Positions 1 to 9,201 of a stretch of DNA of 54,315 bases are shown here, piece by piece. Origin of the DNA: Eubacteriales bacterium (GTDB taxonomy: Bacteria > Bacillota > Clostridia > Oscillospirales > CAG-272); contig JAZODX010000152.1 of the NCBI GenBank assembly GCA_045597265.1, positions 1-54,315 on the forward strand. Reading direction: 5' to 3'. A program made the translations under genes and the position numbers. The notes beneath the pieces were generated by a model. The model was not told the DNA's origin and did not search any database. It saw only the letters and a list, made by a program, of their open reading frames with translations. Position 1 is the stretch's first letter; every line of letters starts with the position of its first letter.

Positions 1-95
1 GTACGTTACGATAGTTGCATATGCACAGAGGAACGGCGAATTCGAAATGCCGTCGAAAAACTGCTATTGTGAAGTAATGATTCAAAGATAAAACC

Positions 96-131
96 ACCGC
101 CGAGAGTGACCGTTTGGTCACTCTCGGCGGT
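96..131. terminator. Intrinsic-terminator-like hairpin with a 16-bp perfect stem
   Basis: ACCGCCGAGAGTGACC-GTTT-GGTCACTCTCGGCGGT. On the minus strand it is followed by GGTTTTATCTTT, so it probably ends the tRNA-Glu transcript. A frame-1 ORF open from the window edge also stops at 70-72 just upstream. Confidence 0.6.
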
Positions 132-218
132 GTTCTATTAGTATTAATTCGAATAATTATAGTAAAAAACAAAACCGAACCAATTTTGATTTACGAAATA
201 GTTCGGATTTGTTACGTT

Positions 219-293
219 TGGTGACCCCTGGGAGAATCGAACTCCCGTTTTCGCCGTGAGAGGGCGATGTCTTAGCCGCTTGACCAAGGGGCC
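219..293 (-). tRNA. tRNA-Glu, anticodon CTC, with encoded CCA
   Basis: The reverse complement reads GGCCCCTTGGTCAAGCGGCTAAGACATCGCCCTCTCACGGCGAAAACGGGAGTTCGATTCTCCCAGGGGTCACCA. It folds as a cloverleaf with a 7-bp acceptor stem (one G-U pair), anticodon loop CT-CTC-AC and a GTTCGAT T-loop. Confidence 0.9.
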
Positions 294-310
294 GACTTGA
301 CAGCTTTTAT

Positions 311-339
311 AGTATAGCACATACGCGGCAATTTTGCAA
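311..339 (-). promoter_or_regulatory. Sigma-A-type promoter for tRNA-Glu
   Basis: The minus strand reads TTGCAA, a 17-nt spacer, then TATACT, ending about 17 nt upstream of the tRNA 5' end. Confidence 0.6.
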
Positions 340-434
340 GTATTTTTTTTGTTTTTTTGCGCATTTTGTTTGAATGACGAAAAACAGCCTGGAGATCATC
401 GTTAAAATCGTTATAGTTGGCCAATAAACTTTAC

Positions 435-493
435 TTGACTATCACGCTAAAGTATGATATCATATTGACTATTGAAAGAGAATGTGGTATAAT
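435..493 (+). promoter_or_regulatory. Tandem promoters for the his operon
   Basis: P1 is TTGACT(435-440)-17-TATCAT(458-463). P2 is TTGACT(465-470)-17-TATAAT(488-493) with an extended TGG element. The leader to the ATG at 532 is only about 35 nt. Confidence 0.6.
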
Positions 494-531
494 AACAAAA
501 TATCGGACTTTTATATAAGGAAGGATAGGAT

Positions 532-1647
532 ATGATCAACCGTTTGAGCGTGGAGCAGGCTGTTCCGGGCTTTCGTGCGCTGTACCGCGGATACGGATAC
601 AGGCAATATAAAATGAGCAATTTCGAGGAATACGATCTCTATGTGGCAAACAAGAGCTTCCTTGCCTCGGACAATATCGTCACCTTCCCCGGTGCGGGCG
701 GGCGTTTGATGGCGCTCCGTCCCGACGTGACGCTGTCAATCGTGAAAAACGCGCCGACGGGTGCGGGGGAGATGGAGAAGGTTTACTATAACGAAACGGT
801 ATATCGGCCCGAGGAGGGCGAGCTGAAGGAAATCACGCAGGTTGGGCTTGAGTGCATCGGACGGATCGACGCCTATGCGATGGGTGAGGTCGTTCTTCTC
901 GCCGCGCAGAGCCTGGCGCTGGTGGACGAGCAGTATCTCCTGACCCTGTCGCATATGGGTATCGTTTCAGCACTGCTTGAAGAGGCCGCTTCGGGGGCGG
1001 ATGGGGATAATCCCGCGCTGCGCGAGAAGCTGCTTGCCTGTATCGGGCAGAAAAACGCGCACGGTTTGCGTGAGGTCTGCCGTGCGGCGGGGATCGACGA
1101 TGCCGCCGACCGCCTGACGGCACTGATGCAGCTGGGCGGTGCGTTCGGCGATGCCGCCGGGGATTTGCGCGCACTTTGCGCAGGCAACGGGCCGGCGATG
1201 GCCGGGCTTGCCGAGCTTGAGCAGATTGCGGCCATGCTTGACCGCTACGGCTGTGCGGGACGCCTGCGTCTTGATTTTTCGCTGGTTAACGACCTGCAGT
1301 ATTATAACGGTGTGATTTTCAAGGGGTATCTGCGCGGTCTGCCCTGTGAACTGCTCTCGGGCGGTCGGTATGACCGTCTGGCGCGACGCTTCGGGCGCGA
1401 GGGGGCAATCGGCTTCGGCATCAACACCGATCTGCTTGAACGCCTCACGCCGGCGGTGGACGATTACGACGTTGACGTGCTTCTGACCTATACGGCCGAG
1501 GTGCCCTGTGACGCGATCTGCCGTGCGGCGAAGACGGTTGCCGATAGCGGGCGGAGCGTACGCGTACAGCCGGCGGATGCACCGGCGAAGCTGAAATTCC
1601 GTGAACGGATGACCGTGACCGGGGAAGGGGGGGACTTTGATGCGTGA
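532..1647 (+). CDS. hisZ: ATP phosphoribosyltransferase regulatory subunit HisZ
   Basis: 371-aa HisRS-like paralog directly upstream of a short-form hisG. There is a AAGGAAGG ribosome-binding site before the ATG. Confidence 0.9.
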   Translation: MINRLSVEQAVPGFRALYRGYGYRQYKMSNFEEYDLYVANKSFLASDNIVTFPGAGGRLMALRPDVTLSIVKNAPTGAGEMEKVYYNETVYRPEEGELKEITQVGLECIGRIDAYAMGEVVLLAAQSLALVDEQYLLTLSHMGIVSALLEEAASGADGDNPALREKLLACIGQKNAHGLREVCRAAGIDDAADRLTALMQLGGAFGDAAGDLRALCAGNGPAMAGLAELEQIAAMLDRYGCAGRLRLDFSLVNDLQYYNGVIFKGYLRGLPCELLSGGRYDRLARRFGREGAIGFGINTDLLERLTPAVDDYDVDVLLTYTAEVPCDAICRAAKTVADSGRSVRVQPADAPAKLKFRERMTVTGEGGDFDA

Positions 1648-2263
1648 GATGCTGAATATTGCCCTGCCCAAGGGACGGCTGGGTGAGAAGGTATACGCCC
1701 GCTTTGCGGCGGCAGGATATGCGTGTCCGTCGATCCTCGAAAACAACCGCAAGCTGATTTTTGAAAATCCCGAATGCGGTGTGCGGTACTTTTGGGTCAA
1801 GCCCTCCGACGTGGCGATCTACGTCGAGCGGGGGGCGGCCGATATCGGCGTGGCGGGTAAGGACATCCTGCTTGAGTATGCTCCGGCGGTTTACGAGCTG
1901 GCCGATCTTGACGTGGGCAAGTGCCGCATGGCAGTTGCGGCGCGCTGCGGCTTCCGTGACAACACCGAGCGCACCCTCAGAGTGGCAACGAAATTTCCGA
2001 ATATTGCCCGTGCTTACTATGCCTCCAAGAGCAGAGAGATCGAGCTGATCCGCCTCAACGGGTCGATCGAGCTTGCTCCCATCCTCGGGATGTCCGATGT
2101 GATCGTGGACATCGTGGAAACGGGGACGACGCTTAAGGAAAACGATCTTGAGCCGATTGAGGACATCGTGGCGATCAGTGCACGTCTGATTGCCAATCGG
2201 GTCAGCTACCAGTTCGCTCGTGAGCAGCTTGATGCGCTCCGCGACGCGCTCATCGGCGGATAA
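1640..2263 (+). CDS. hisG: ATP phosphoribosyltransferase, short form
   Basis: Contains the typical HisG N-terminus LNIALPKGRL. It overlaps the hisZ stop. The start could be the ATG at 1640 or at 1649 (the track lists a TTG at 1637). Confidence 0.9.
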   Translation: MREMLNIALPKGRLGEKVYARFAAAGYACPSILENNRKLIFENPECGVRYFWVKPSDVAIYVERGAADIGVAGKDILLEYAPAVYELADLDVGKCRMAVAARCGFRDNTERTLRVATKFPNIARAYYASKSREIELIRLNGSIELAPILGMSDVIVDIVETGTTLKENDLEPIEDIVAISARLIANRVSYQFAREQLDALRDALIGG

Positions 2264-2320
2264 GCGTCTTCCCCTCGGGAAGACGGAGTGAATGCAGTAT
2301 AAAATGATTGAGGTATTATC

Positions 2321-3592
2321 ATGATTTCGATTTATTCGATGAAGGAGACCGACCGCGCGACCATTTTTGCGCGCGGAGAGGGCGGCGTTAACGTGGAGGA
2401 AACGGTGTCTGCAATCATTGCCGACGTCCGTGCACGCGGCGACGCGGCGCTGAAGGAATATACCGCCCGCTTCGACCGCGCAGAGCTTGACGCGCTGGCG
2501 GTGAGTGAGGAAGAGATGGCGGAGGCAATGGCGTCGGTTGAGCCCCGCTTCCTCGCCGTTCTGCGCGAGGCGGCGGACCGCATCCGCGCCTTTCACAGCC
2601 GTCAGGTACGGCACGATTTCGTCATCACCGATCAGCCCGGCGTGGTGATGGGACAGCGCGTGATTCCGCTGGCCCGCGTTGGACTTTACGTGCCGGGCGG
2701 CACGGCGAGCTATCCCTCGTCGGTGCTGATGAATGCTATCCCTGCCGCGCTTGCAGGCGTGGACGAGGTGATCATGGTGACCCCGCCCGGTCCCGACGGC
2801 AGGGTCAATCCGGTCATTCTGGCTGCGGCGTCGGTTGCCGGCGTCGGCCGCATCTTCAAGATCGGCGGCGCACAGGCGGTTGCTGCGCTGGCTTACGGCA
2901 CCGAGAGCGTGCCGCAGGTGGACAAGATCGTCGGCCCCGGCAACGCCTACGTGGCTGAGGCCAAGCGTCAGGTATACGGTCGGGTGGACATCGATATGAT
3001 TGCAGGACCGAGCGAAATTCTCGTCATCGCCGACGGCGCGAGTGATCCCCGCGCGGTGGCGGCCGACCTGCTCTCGCAGGCCGAGCACGACCGACTGGCG
3101 TCGGCGGTTCTCGTGACCGAGAGTACGGCGCTGGCCGAAGCGGTGCAGGCTGAGCTTGAGCGGCAGATTCCTCTGCTTCCCCGTGCAGAGATTGCCCGGG
3201 TGTCGATTGACAACCGCGGCAAGATCATCGTAGCAGAGTCAATTGAGGAGGCGATTGCCGTCTCGAACGAGATCGCGCCCGAGCATCTGGAAATCTGCGT
3301 GGACAACCCCTTCGATTATCTGCCCCTCGTGCGGAACGCCGGCTCGGTTTTCCTCGGCCGCCATTGCCCCGAGGCACTGGGCGATTATTACGCGGGTCCC
3401 AACCACACCCTGCCGACCAGCGGCACGGCACGCTTCTCCAGCCCCCTTTCGGTCGACGATTTCGTCAAAAAATCGGCCTTTACCTACTATACCCCCGACG
3501 CACTTGCCGCCGTGGCAGACGACGTGGCCTATTTTGCCCGCAAGGAAGGGCTTGAGGCACACGCGCGGAGCGCCGAGGCGAGAAAGCTTTAA
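2321..3592 (+). CDS. hisD: Histidinol dehydrogenase
   Basis: 423 aa and in the expected position within the his operon. Confidence 0.95.
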   Translation: MISIYSMKETDRATIFARGEGGVNVEETVSAIIADVRARGDAALKEYTARFDRAELDALAVSEEEMAEAMASVEPRFLAVLREAADRIRAFHSRQVRHDFVITDQPGVVMGQRVIPLARVGLYVPGGTASYPSSVLMNAIPAALAGVDEVIMVTPPGPDGRVNPVILAAASVAGVGRIFKIGGAQAVAALAYGTESVPQVDKIVGPGNAYVAEAKRQVYGRVDIDMIAGPSEILVIADGASDPRAVAADLLSQAEHDRLASAVLVTESTALAEAVQAELERQIPLLPRAEIARVSIDNRGKIIVAESIEEAIAVSNEIAPEHLEICVDNPFDYLPLVRNAGSVFLGRHCPEALGDYYAGPNHTLPTSGTARFSSPLSVDDFVKKSAFTYYTPDALAAVADDVAYFARKEGLEAHARSAEARKL

Positions 3593-3624
3593 TTTCAATT
3601 ATTTCTACGTTTTTGTGAGGACAT

Positions 3625-4692
3625 ATGTCGGAATTTCTTCATGCCCGCCATGCTTCGCTTGAGGCATACGTACCGGGCGAACAGCCGAAGGATCAGAAAT
3701 ATATCAAGCTGAATACCAACGAATCACCCTATCCTCCCCTGCCCGAGGTCGCGGAAGCGGCGGCCCGGGAGGCGGCTCTGGCGCACCTCTATTCCGATCC
3801 CGAGGGGATCGGCGTGCGTACGCTGCTTGCCGAGCGGTACGGCGTTGGCCCCGAGCAGATTATCCTCGGCAACGGCTCGGACGAGATTCTTTCCTTTGCA
3901 TTCCAGGCCTACGGCGGTGCTGATGCTCCCGTGGCCTTTCCCGATATTAGCTACGGGTTTTATCCGGTCTACGCCAAGCTCTACGGTATCGAGGCAAGGG
4001 TAATTCCGCTTCGCGGAGACTTCACCCTCTGTGCCGACGATTATATCGGCCTCGGCTGTACGGTGGTGATTGCCAATCCAAACGCGCCGACGGGGCTTGC
4101 GCTTTCGCCGACCGAGATTGCGCACATCTGCGCAGGAAATCCCGGGAATATCGTGCTTGTCGACGAGGCCTACGTGGACTTCGGTGCGCAGTCGGCGGTA
4201 TCTTTGCTCGGTGAATATCCGAACCTGCTGGTCGTGCAGACCTTCTCCAAATCGCGTTCGCTTGCGGGCGGTCGGCTGGGCTATGCCATCGCGTCGCCCG
4301 AGATTATTGCCGATCTTAACCGCATCAAATATTCGACCAATCCCTATAACATCAACCGCATGACGCTGGCGGCGGGCGAGGCAACCCTTCGCCGTGACGA
4401 CGTCTGCGCGCGCCGCTGTGCCGAGATTGCCGAAACGCGCGCCTATACGGCCGACGCGCTCCGCGCCCTCGGCTTTACCCTGACCGATTCGGTCACCAAC
4501 TTCCTCTTCGCCCGACCCGCCGACGGTGACGCGGCGGGAATGTACGCCGCCCTGCGCGCACGGGGCGTGCTCGTCCGCTACTTTGGCGGTGCACGGACGC
4601 GGGAATATCTGCGCATCACGATCGGCACGCGCGGGCAGATGGACGCTTTTCTTGACGCCGTGCGTAAAATCCTCGACGAAAAAGGAGCTTGA
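3625..4692 (+). CDS. hisC: Histidinol-phosphate aminotransferase
   Basis: 355-aa class-II aminotransferase with the PLP-lysine context TFSKSRSLAG. It sits within the operon. Confidence 0.9.
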   Translation: MSEFLHARHASLEAYVPGEQPKDQKYIKLNTNESPYPPLPEVAEAAAREAALAHLYSDPEGIGVRTLLAERYGVGPEQIILGNGSDEILSFAFQAYGGADAPVAFPDISYGFYPVYAKLYGIEARVIPLRGDFTLCADDYIGLGCTVVIANPNAPTGLALSPTEIAHICAGNPGNIVLVDEAYVDFGAQSAVSLLGEYPNLLVVQTFSKSRSLAGGRLGYAIASPEIIADLNRIKYSTNPYNINRMTLAAGEATLRRDDVCARRCAEIAETRAYTADALRALGFTLTDSVTNFLFARPADGDAAGMYAALRARGVLVRYFGGARTREYLRITIGTRGQMDAFLDAVRKILDEKGA

Positions 4693-4694
4693 AT

Positions 4695-5273
4695 ATGACG
4701 CTCAATTCAACCGTAAACCGCAAAACGGCCGAAACCGATATCTCGCTTGCGCTGGATCTGCGCGGCGGCGAGGTGAAGATCGATTCGGGCGTGGGCTTTC
4801 TTGATCATATGCTCACCCTCTTTGCCCGTCACGGCGGCTTTGGGCTGACCCTTATCTGCCGCGGCGACGTGGAGGTGGACGATCATCACTCTGCCGAGGA
4901 TATCGGTATCTGCCTCGGGCAGGCCTTTGACGAGGCGCTCGGTGATCGGCGCGGTATTGCCCGCTACGGCTCGATGATGCTGCCGATGGACGAGGCGCTG
5001 ATCCTCTGCGCGCTCGATATCTCGGGCCGCTCGATGCTCTGCTATGATCTCGGTGATCTGCCCCGCAAGGTGGGCAGCTTCGATACCGAGCTGATCGAGG
5101 AATTTCTCCTCGCCTTTACCCGTCATTTTCCCATCACTCTGCATATCCGCCGAATGGCGGGCAAGAATGCGCATCACGTCATCGAGGGCGCATTCAAGGC
5201 ACTTGGGCGCGCATTGCGCCAGGCGACTGCCGTGATCGGAGATGAGATTCCGTCCACGAAAGGGGTACTCTGA
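4695..5273 (+). CDS. hisB: Imidazoleglycerol-phosphate dehydratase (monofunctional)
   Basis: Contains IGPD motifs (DDHHSAEDIGI, HHVIEGAFKALG). The ATG at 4695 lies 7 nt after an AAAGGAG site. The track's TTG at 4689 is less likely. Confidence 0.9.
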   Translation: MTLNSTVNRKTAETDISLALDLRGGEVKIDSGVGFLDHMLTLFARHGGFGLTLICRGDVEVDDHHSAEDIGICLGQAFDEALGDRRGIARYGSMMLPMDEALILCALDISGRSMLCYDLGDLPRKVGSFDTELIEEFLLAFTRHFPITLHIRRMAGKNAHHVIEGAFKALGRALRQATAVIGDEIPSTKGVL

Positions 5274-5893
5274 TGTCGATTGCCATTATCGATTACGGCG
5301 TGGGGAATCTCTTTTCGCTTGCCGCTTCCTTCAAGATGCTCGGCGCGGATACGGTAGTGACCGGAGACGCCGATGTGATCCGCGCGGCTGATCGTATCAT
5401 CCTGCCCGGCGTCGGCGCGTTTGCCGATGCGGCCGCCAAGCTGCACGCGACCGGACTTGACGATGTGGTCAAGGCCGAGGCCGCCGCAGGCAAGCCTCTG
5501 CTTGGCATTTGCCTTGGTATGCAAATGCTCTTTTCCCGCAGCTTTGAATACGGCGAGCACGATGGCCTCGGTCTTATCGAGGGCGAGGTCAGACCGATCG
5601 CACCTGTCATCGGCGAAGGACTCAAGGTCCCGCACATCGGTTGGAACTCGCTCGACTTCCCCGCAGGACGCAAAAAATCCCCTCTCTTCCGTTACATCGA
5701 CGAAGGCGACTACGTCTACTTTGTCCATTCCTATGCCGCCATGCACTGTGATGACGCTGTCATTGCCACCTCGACCTACGGCGTGCCCCTGACCGCCGCC
5801 GTGGCAAATCAAAACGTCTACGGCACCCAGTTTCACCCCGAAAAAAGCGGCGACGTCGGACTCCGCATCCTCCGCGCCTTCTGCGAAGCATAA
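5273..5893 (+). CDS. hisH: Imidazole glycerol phosphate synthase, glutaminase subunit
   Basis: Class-I glutamine amidotransferase with the GICLGMQ motif. The ATG overlaps the hisB TGA. Confidence 0.95.
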   Translation: MSIAIIDYGVGNLFSLAASFKMLGADTVVTGDADVIRAADRIILPGVGAFADAAAKLHATGLDDVVKAEAAAGKPLLGICLGMQMLFSRSFEYGEHDGLGLIEGEVRPIAPVIGEGLKVPHIGWNSLDFPAGRKKSPLFRYIDEGDYVYFVHSYAAMHCDDAVIATSTYGVPLTAAVANQNVYGTQFHPEKSGDVGLRILRAFCEA

Positions 5894-5909
5894 CCCCGAC
5901 TTCTTTATT

Positions 5910-5980
5910 TGAAGTTTTTTGGAATTGTCAAACCTTTTTTACAAAAAAAGGTTTGACCGGGGTTTGGGGCAGCGCCCCAA
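5910..5980 (-). repeat. Intergenic repeat family A (T-run/A-run hairpin element), copy inside the his operon
   Basis: AAGTTTTTT (5912-5920), hairpin GTCAAACC-TTTTTTACAAAAAAA-GGTTTGAC (5927-5957), then GGGGTTTGGGGC and hairpin GGGGC-AGC-GCCCC. It shares its architecture with the copies at 7484, 8446 and 39917. Confidence 0.7.
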
Positions 5981-5999
5981 TTCAATTCAAGGAGTAACT

Positions 6000-6725
6000 A
6001 TGAACATTTTACCTGCAATCGACCTCCTCGGCGGCTGTGCGGTCCGTCTTCTGCGCGGCGACTACGCGCAGAAGACCACCTACTCGGACAGCCCGCTGTC
6101 GGTCGCACGCGATTTTGCCGCACGGGGTGCCGAGTGGCTGCATCTTGTCGATCTTGACGGTGCAAAATCGGGCGGAACGCCCAATGCCGACACGGTAGCT
6201 GCCATCGCCGCAGAGGGACGGCTCAAAATCGAGATCGGCGGCGGTGTCCGCTCGCTTGACGTCATCGAGCGATACCTCTCTCTCGGTGTTACCCGGGTGA
6301 TCCTCGGCACGGCTGCCATTACCGATCCTGTCCTGCTTGAGACGGCTGCTGCAAAATACGGCGACCGATTGGCGGTCGGTGTTGACCTGCGGGACGGCAA
6401 GGTGGCCATCAAGGGCTGGACCGAGACGGCGGATATCAACGGCGACGATTTCATCGCGCGCCTTGAAGCGCTCGGCGTCGGCACGGTGATTGTCACCGAT
6501 ATTTCGCGTGACGGCGCGATGCGGGGTACCAACCTCGAGCTTTACCGTCATTTACATGAAAAATTCCGCCTTAATGTCATCGCATCGGGGGGCGTCAGCT
6601 CGCTCTCGGATATCCGTGCACTCGGTGAGATCGGCGTCAGCGGTGCAATTCTCGGCCGTGCACTCTACACGGGGGATCTCGTGCTGGAAGAGGCGCTTGC
6701 CGCGGCAAAAGGAGAGAGCGCATGA
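6000..6725 (+). CDS. hisA: 1-(5-phosphoribosyl)-5-[(5-phosphoribosylamino)methylideneamino]imidazole-4-carboxamide isomerase
   Basis: The N-terminus MNILPAIDLLGG follows an AAGGAG site at 5989-5994. The track's start at 5919 would read through the repeat element. Confidence 0.9.
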   Translation: MNILPAIDLLGGCAVRLLRGDYAQKTTYSDSPLSVARDFAARGAEWLHLVDLDGAKSGGTPNADTVAAIAAEGRLKIEIGGGVRSLDVIERYLSLGVTRVILGTAAITDPVLLETAAAKYGDRLAVGVDLRDGKVAIKGWTETADINGDDFIARLEALGVGTVIVTDISRDGAMRGTNLELYRHLHEKFRLNVIASGGVSSLSDIRALGEIGVSGAILGRALYTGDLVLEEALAAAKGESA

Positions 6726-7480
6726 TTACCAAACGCATTATCCCCTGTCTTGACGTGCGGGACGGCCGTGTAGTCAAGGGGGTCAACTTTATGGGACTGC
6801 GGGACGTTTCCTCTCCCGTTGCCCTTGCCCGCTACTACAGCGAAAACGGCGCGGACGAACTGGTTTTTTACGATATCACCGCCTCCGCCGAGGGACGCGC
6901 CCTCTTTACCGATATTCTGCGCGAGGTCGCCTCGAATATCTTCATTCCGCTGACGGTCGGCGGCGGTATCAATACCCTTGACGATTTCGACCGCGTCCTC
7001 AAATGCGGTGCAGATAAGGTCAGCGTCAATTCGGGTGCGATCCGCAATCCCGCCCTCGTGGGCGAGGCTGCCCGCCGCTACGGCGATCAGTGCGTTGTCC
7101 TCTCGGTCGATATCAAGCGCGCCGAGGGGAAATTCCGCGTCTTTGCAAAGGGCGGACGCGAGGACACCGGCATGGAGGCCATCGATTGGATTCGCCGCTG
7201 CGTGGACGCAGGTGCGGGTGAGGTGGTCGTCAACAGCATGGATACTGACGGGGTCAAGGGCGGCTTTGATCTTGAGCTGCTTGCCGCCGTTTGTGACGCG
7301 GTCAGCGTACCCGTGATCGCCTCGGGCGGCGCGGGATGCGCTGAGGATTTTCTCACCCTCTTCCGGGCGCTTCCCGGCGTCGATGCGGGACTTGCCGCTT
7401 CCATTTTCCATTTTGGTGAGGTGAAAATCCCCGATCTCAAGCAAATGCTGCGCGCAAACGGCATTGAGATGCGCGTGTGA
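6722..7480 (+). CDS. hisF: Imidazole glycerol phosphate synthase, cyclase subunit
   Basis: 252 aa with the N-terminus KRIIPCLDV. The ATG overlaps the hisA stop. Confidence 0.95.
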   Translation: MITKRIIPCLDVRDGRVVKGVNFMGLRDVSSPVALARYYSENGADELVFYDITASAEGRALFTDILREVASNIFIPLTVGGGINTLDDFDRVLKCGADKVSVNSGAIRNPALVGEAARRYGDQCVVLSVDIKRAEGKFRVFAKGGREDTGMEAIDWIRRCVDAGAGEVVVNSMDTDGVKGGFDLELLAAVCDAVSVPVIASGGAGCAEDFLTLFRALPGVDAGLAASIFHFGEVKIPDLKQMLRANGIEMRV

Positions 7481-7483
7481 AGG

Positions 7484-7568
7484 GCGCGGGGGACGCTGTC
7501 CCCCGAACCCCCTGCCGGGGGCGCTTTTTAAAAAAAGCGTCCCCGGGCCCCCGTAAAAACTTTCAATT
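7484..7568 (+). repeat. Intergenic repeat family A, second copy inside the his operon
   Basis: Hairpin GGGGAC-GCT-GTCCCC, then CGAACCCCC, hairpin GGGGGCGCTTTTT/AAAAAGCGTCCCC (7517-7544), GGGCCCCC and AAAAACTTT. Confidence 0.7.
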
Positions 7569-7580
7569 AGGAGATAGATT

Positions 7581-8240
7581 ATGTTAGAGATTGAAAATTT
7601 GAAGTTTGATGAGAAGGGTTTGATTCCTGCGATTGTGACCGATGCGGACAGCGGGAAGGTGCTGACTCTGGCTTATATGAACCGCGAGAGCCTGGAGATT
7701 ACAATTCGTGAGGGACGCACCTGCTTCTGGTCGCGCTCCCGTCAGGAGCTTTGGCGCAAGGGAGAAACCTCGGGCAATATCCAGCGCGTCGTTTCGATTA
7801 CCGCCGACTGCGACCGCGACGCCCTCGTCGTCCGCGTCCGCAAGAGCGGTCCTGCCTGCCACCTTGGCAACGACTCCTGCTTCGTCGACCTCGTCGCCGA
7901 AGGAGACGAGCCCCCCGCATTCTCGCTTGACGCCCTTATGTGTCTTATCGAGGGCCGAAAGACCGAGAAAAAGGAAGGGTCCTATACCACCTATCTGTTC
8001 GAGAAGGGCATCGATAAGATTCTCAAAAAAGTCGGTGAGGAAACCACCGAGGTCATCGTCGCCGGAAAGGGCGGCGACCGCGGCGAGACAATCTACGAAA
8101 TTGCCGACCTCACCTACCACGTTATGGTTCTCATGGTTGAGATGGGCATCTCGCTCGACGAGATCAAAGCCGAGCTTGCCTCCCGCCACGTCATCGACCA
8201 CAAGGTCAAGCAGGAAACCGCAACCGCGGCAAAGAAATAA
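7581..8240 (+). CDS. hisI: Bifunctional phosphoribosyl-AMP cyclohydrolase / phosphoribosyl-ATP pyrophosphatase
   Basis: 219 aa. The N-terminal half is HisI-like ([15 protein letters not shown]) and the C-terminal half is HisE-like ([16 protein letters not shown]). Confidence 0.9.
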   Translation: MLEIENLKFDEKGLIPAIVTDADSGKVLTLAYMNRESLEITIREGRTCFWSRSRQELWRKGETSGNIQRVVSITADCDRDALVVRVRKSGPACHLGNDSCFVDLVAEGDEPPAFSLDALMCLIEGRKTEKKEGSYTTYLFEKGIDKILKKVGEETTEVIVAGKGGDRGETIYEIADLTYHVMVLMVEMGISLDEIKAELASRHVIDHKVKQETATAAKK

Positions 8241-8274
8241 CTTTCGTGCGGTGTGACTGCCGCATATGCAATAT

Positions 8275-8345
8275 GAGGATGCTCTGTTCATCCGCCCCTT
8301 CGCGGCACCTTCCCCGCTGGGGAAGGCTAACGGTGCAGATCACAT
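8275..8345 (+). repeat. Intergenic repeat family C copy
   Basis: GAGGATGCTCTGTTCATCCGCCCCTTCGCGGCACCTTCCCCGCTGGGGAAGGCTAACGGTGCAGATCAC. A near-identical inverted copy lies at 43808-43875 and a partial copy at about 44038-44071. Confidence 0.7.
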
Positions 8346-8385
8346 CTGCAGATGAATAAGAAAACAACCAAATCATAAGAGAATC

Positions 8386-8454
8386 ATTCGGGGCAAAGCC
8401 CCGAATCGAAAAACTTCCCACCGCCCCATATCTGTGGCGCGGTGGGAAGTTTTT
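8386..8454. terminator. Two consecutive terminator hairpins between convergent genes
   Basis: ATTCGGGGC-AAA-GCCCCGAAT (8386-8406), followed by a 16-bp stem AAAAACTTCCCACCGC/GCGGTGGGAAGTTTTT (8409-8454) that carries A and T runs on both sides. Confidence 0.75.
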
Positions 8455-8510
8455 GGTTGATGGGGGTGTGGGGGAAGCCACCTTTTTTCAAAAAGGGGGC
8501 TTCCCCCACC
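8446..8510 (-). repeat. Intergenic repeat family A copy
   Basis: AAGTTTTT, GGGGGTGTGGGGG and hairpin GGGGGAAGCC..TTTTTTCAAAAA..GGCTTCCCCC (8470-8507). It has the same module order as the 39917 copy when read on the opposite strand. Confidence 0.65.
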
Positions 8511-8518
8511 ATCTCCAC

Positions 8519-8998
8519 TCAATCCATTCTCTTCTTCGGCATCAGAGCAATAATGAGAAGAATGACGGCGATGGCGATGATGATGGCGACGATCACACCG
8601 ACGAAGGCACCGTTTCCGTCCTTTTCACCGGGGGCATTCTCCATTGAATCGGTGGCCGTCTCGCTCACCGTTTCCTTGGTCGTTTCCTTCGGACGGGTGG
8701 TTTCGGGGGCACGGGTCGTGTCGGGCTCGGTGATGATTCCGCCCGAATCCTCGGGAATATTGGTGCCGTCCTGCATCATACCGCCCTCGTCGGTCAGCGC
8801 GCCGGCCGCATCACCGATTGCATCGGTGACGTCGCCGATGGCACCCGTCACGTCGCCGATCACGCCGCCGTCTCCGAAATCAGTGCCGGTGCGGGGCATC
8901 ACGCCGCCCCGGCCAACGGCACTGACGCTGAGTGCCGCCGTGTAGAGGAAAAGCAGGCAGAGGAAAAATGCTGCATATACTTTGGTTCGTGTTTTCAT
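8519..8998 (-). CDS. Small secreted, C-terminally membrane-anchored protein of unknown function
   Basis: I take the start as the ATG at 8998 (MKTRTKVYAAFFLCLLFLY). It has a signal peptide, IGDVTGA-like heptad repeats, a Thr/Glu/Pro-rich linker and a C-terminal hydrophobic helix followed by KKRMD. Confidence 0.65.
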   Translation of the reverse strand: MKTRTKVYAAFFLCLLFLYTAALSVSAVGRGGVMPRTGTDFGDGGVIGDVTGAIGDVTDAIGDAAGALTDEGGMMQDGTNIPEDSGGIITEPDTTRAPETTRPKETTKETVSETATDSMENAPGEKDGNGAFVGVIVAIIIAIAVILLIIALMPKKRMD

Positions 8999-9112
8999 AG
9001 AATATACCGATGCCCGGCCAAGGCAGGGCTTCCTTTCTTCGGTTTGATTGGAACACAGCCATAGCATACCCGAAATCGGCCGCGATATGTGCGTCGGCAA
9101 GCAATTTTTCTA

Positions 9113-9141
9113 TTGAAAACGGGGCAGAATCATGATATAAT
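9113..9141 (+). promoter_or_regulatory. Sigma-A-type promoter
   Basis: TTGAAA(9113-9118), a 17-nt spacer, then TATAAT(9136-9141). Confidence 0.55.
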
Positions 9142-9201
9142 AAAAATAATATAGGCAATCCGTACAGAATGATCGGATTCACCGCAAAAGGAGGTGCCGC
9201 C

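Noticed and set aside
294-531. T-box or leader-peptide attenuator upstream of the his operon
   Set aside because: The best promoters end at 463 and 493, which leaves only about 35-65 nt of leader. There is no specifier or T-box sequence, no His-codon-rich mini-ORF and no terminator/antiterminator pair.
1445-3088. 547-aa ORF on the minus strand spanning hisG and hisD
   Set aside because: It lies entirely antisense to two well-supported his genes. Its composition is Arg/Ala/Gly/His-rich, as expected for the reverse frame of GC-rich coding DNA. It has no ribosome-binding site and no recognisable motif.
5919-5999. N-terminal 27-residue extension of hisA suggested by the ORF track
   Set aside because: The extension reads through the family A repeat hairpin. 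A strong AAGGAG site precedes the ATG at 6000, which gives the canonical MNILPAIDL N-terminus.
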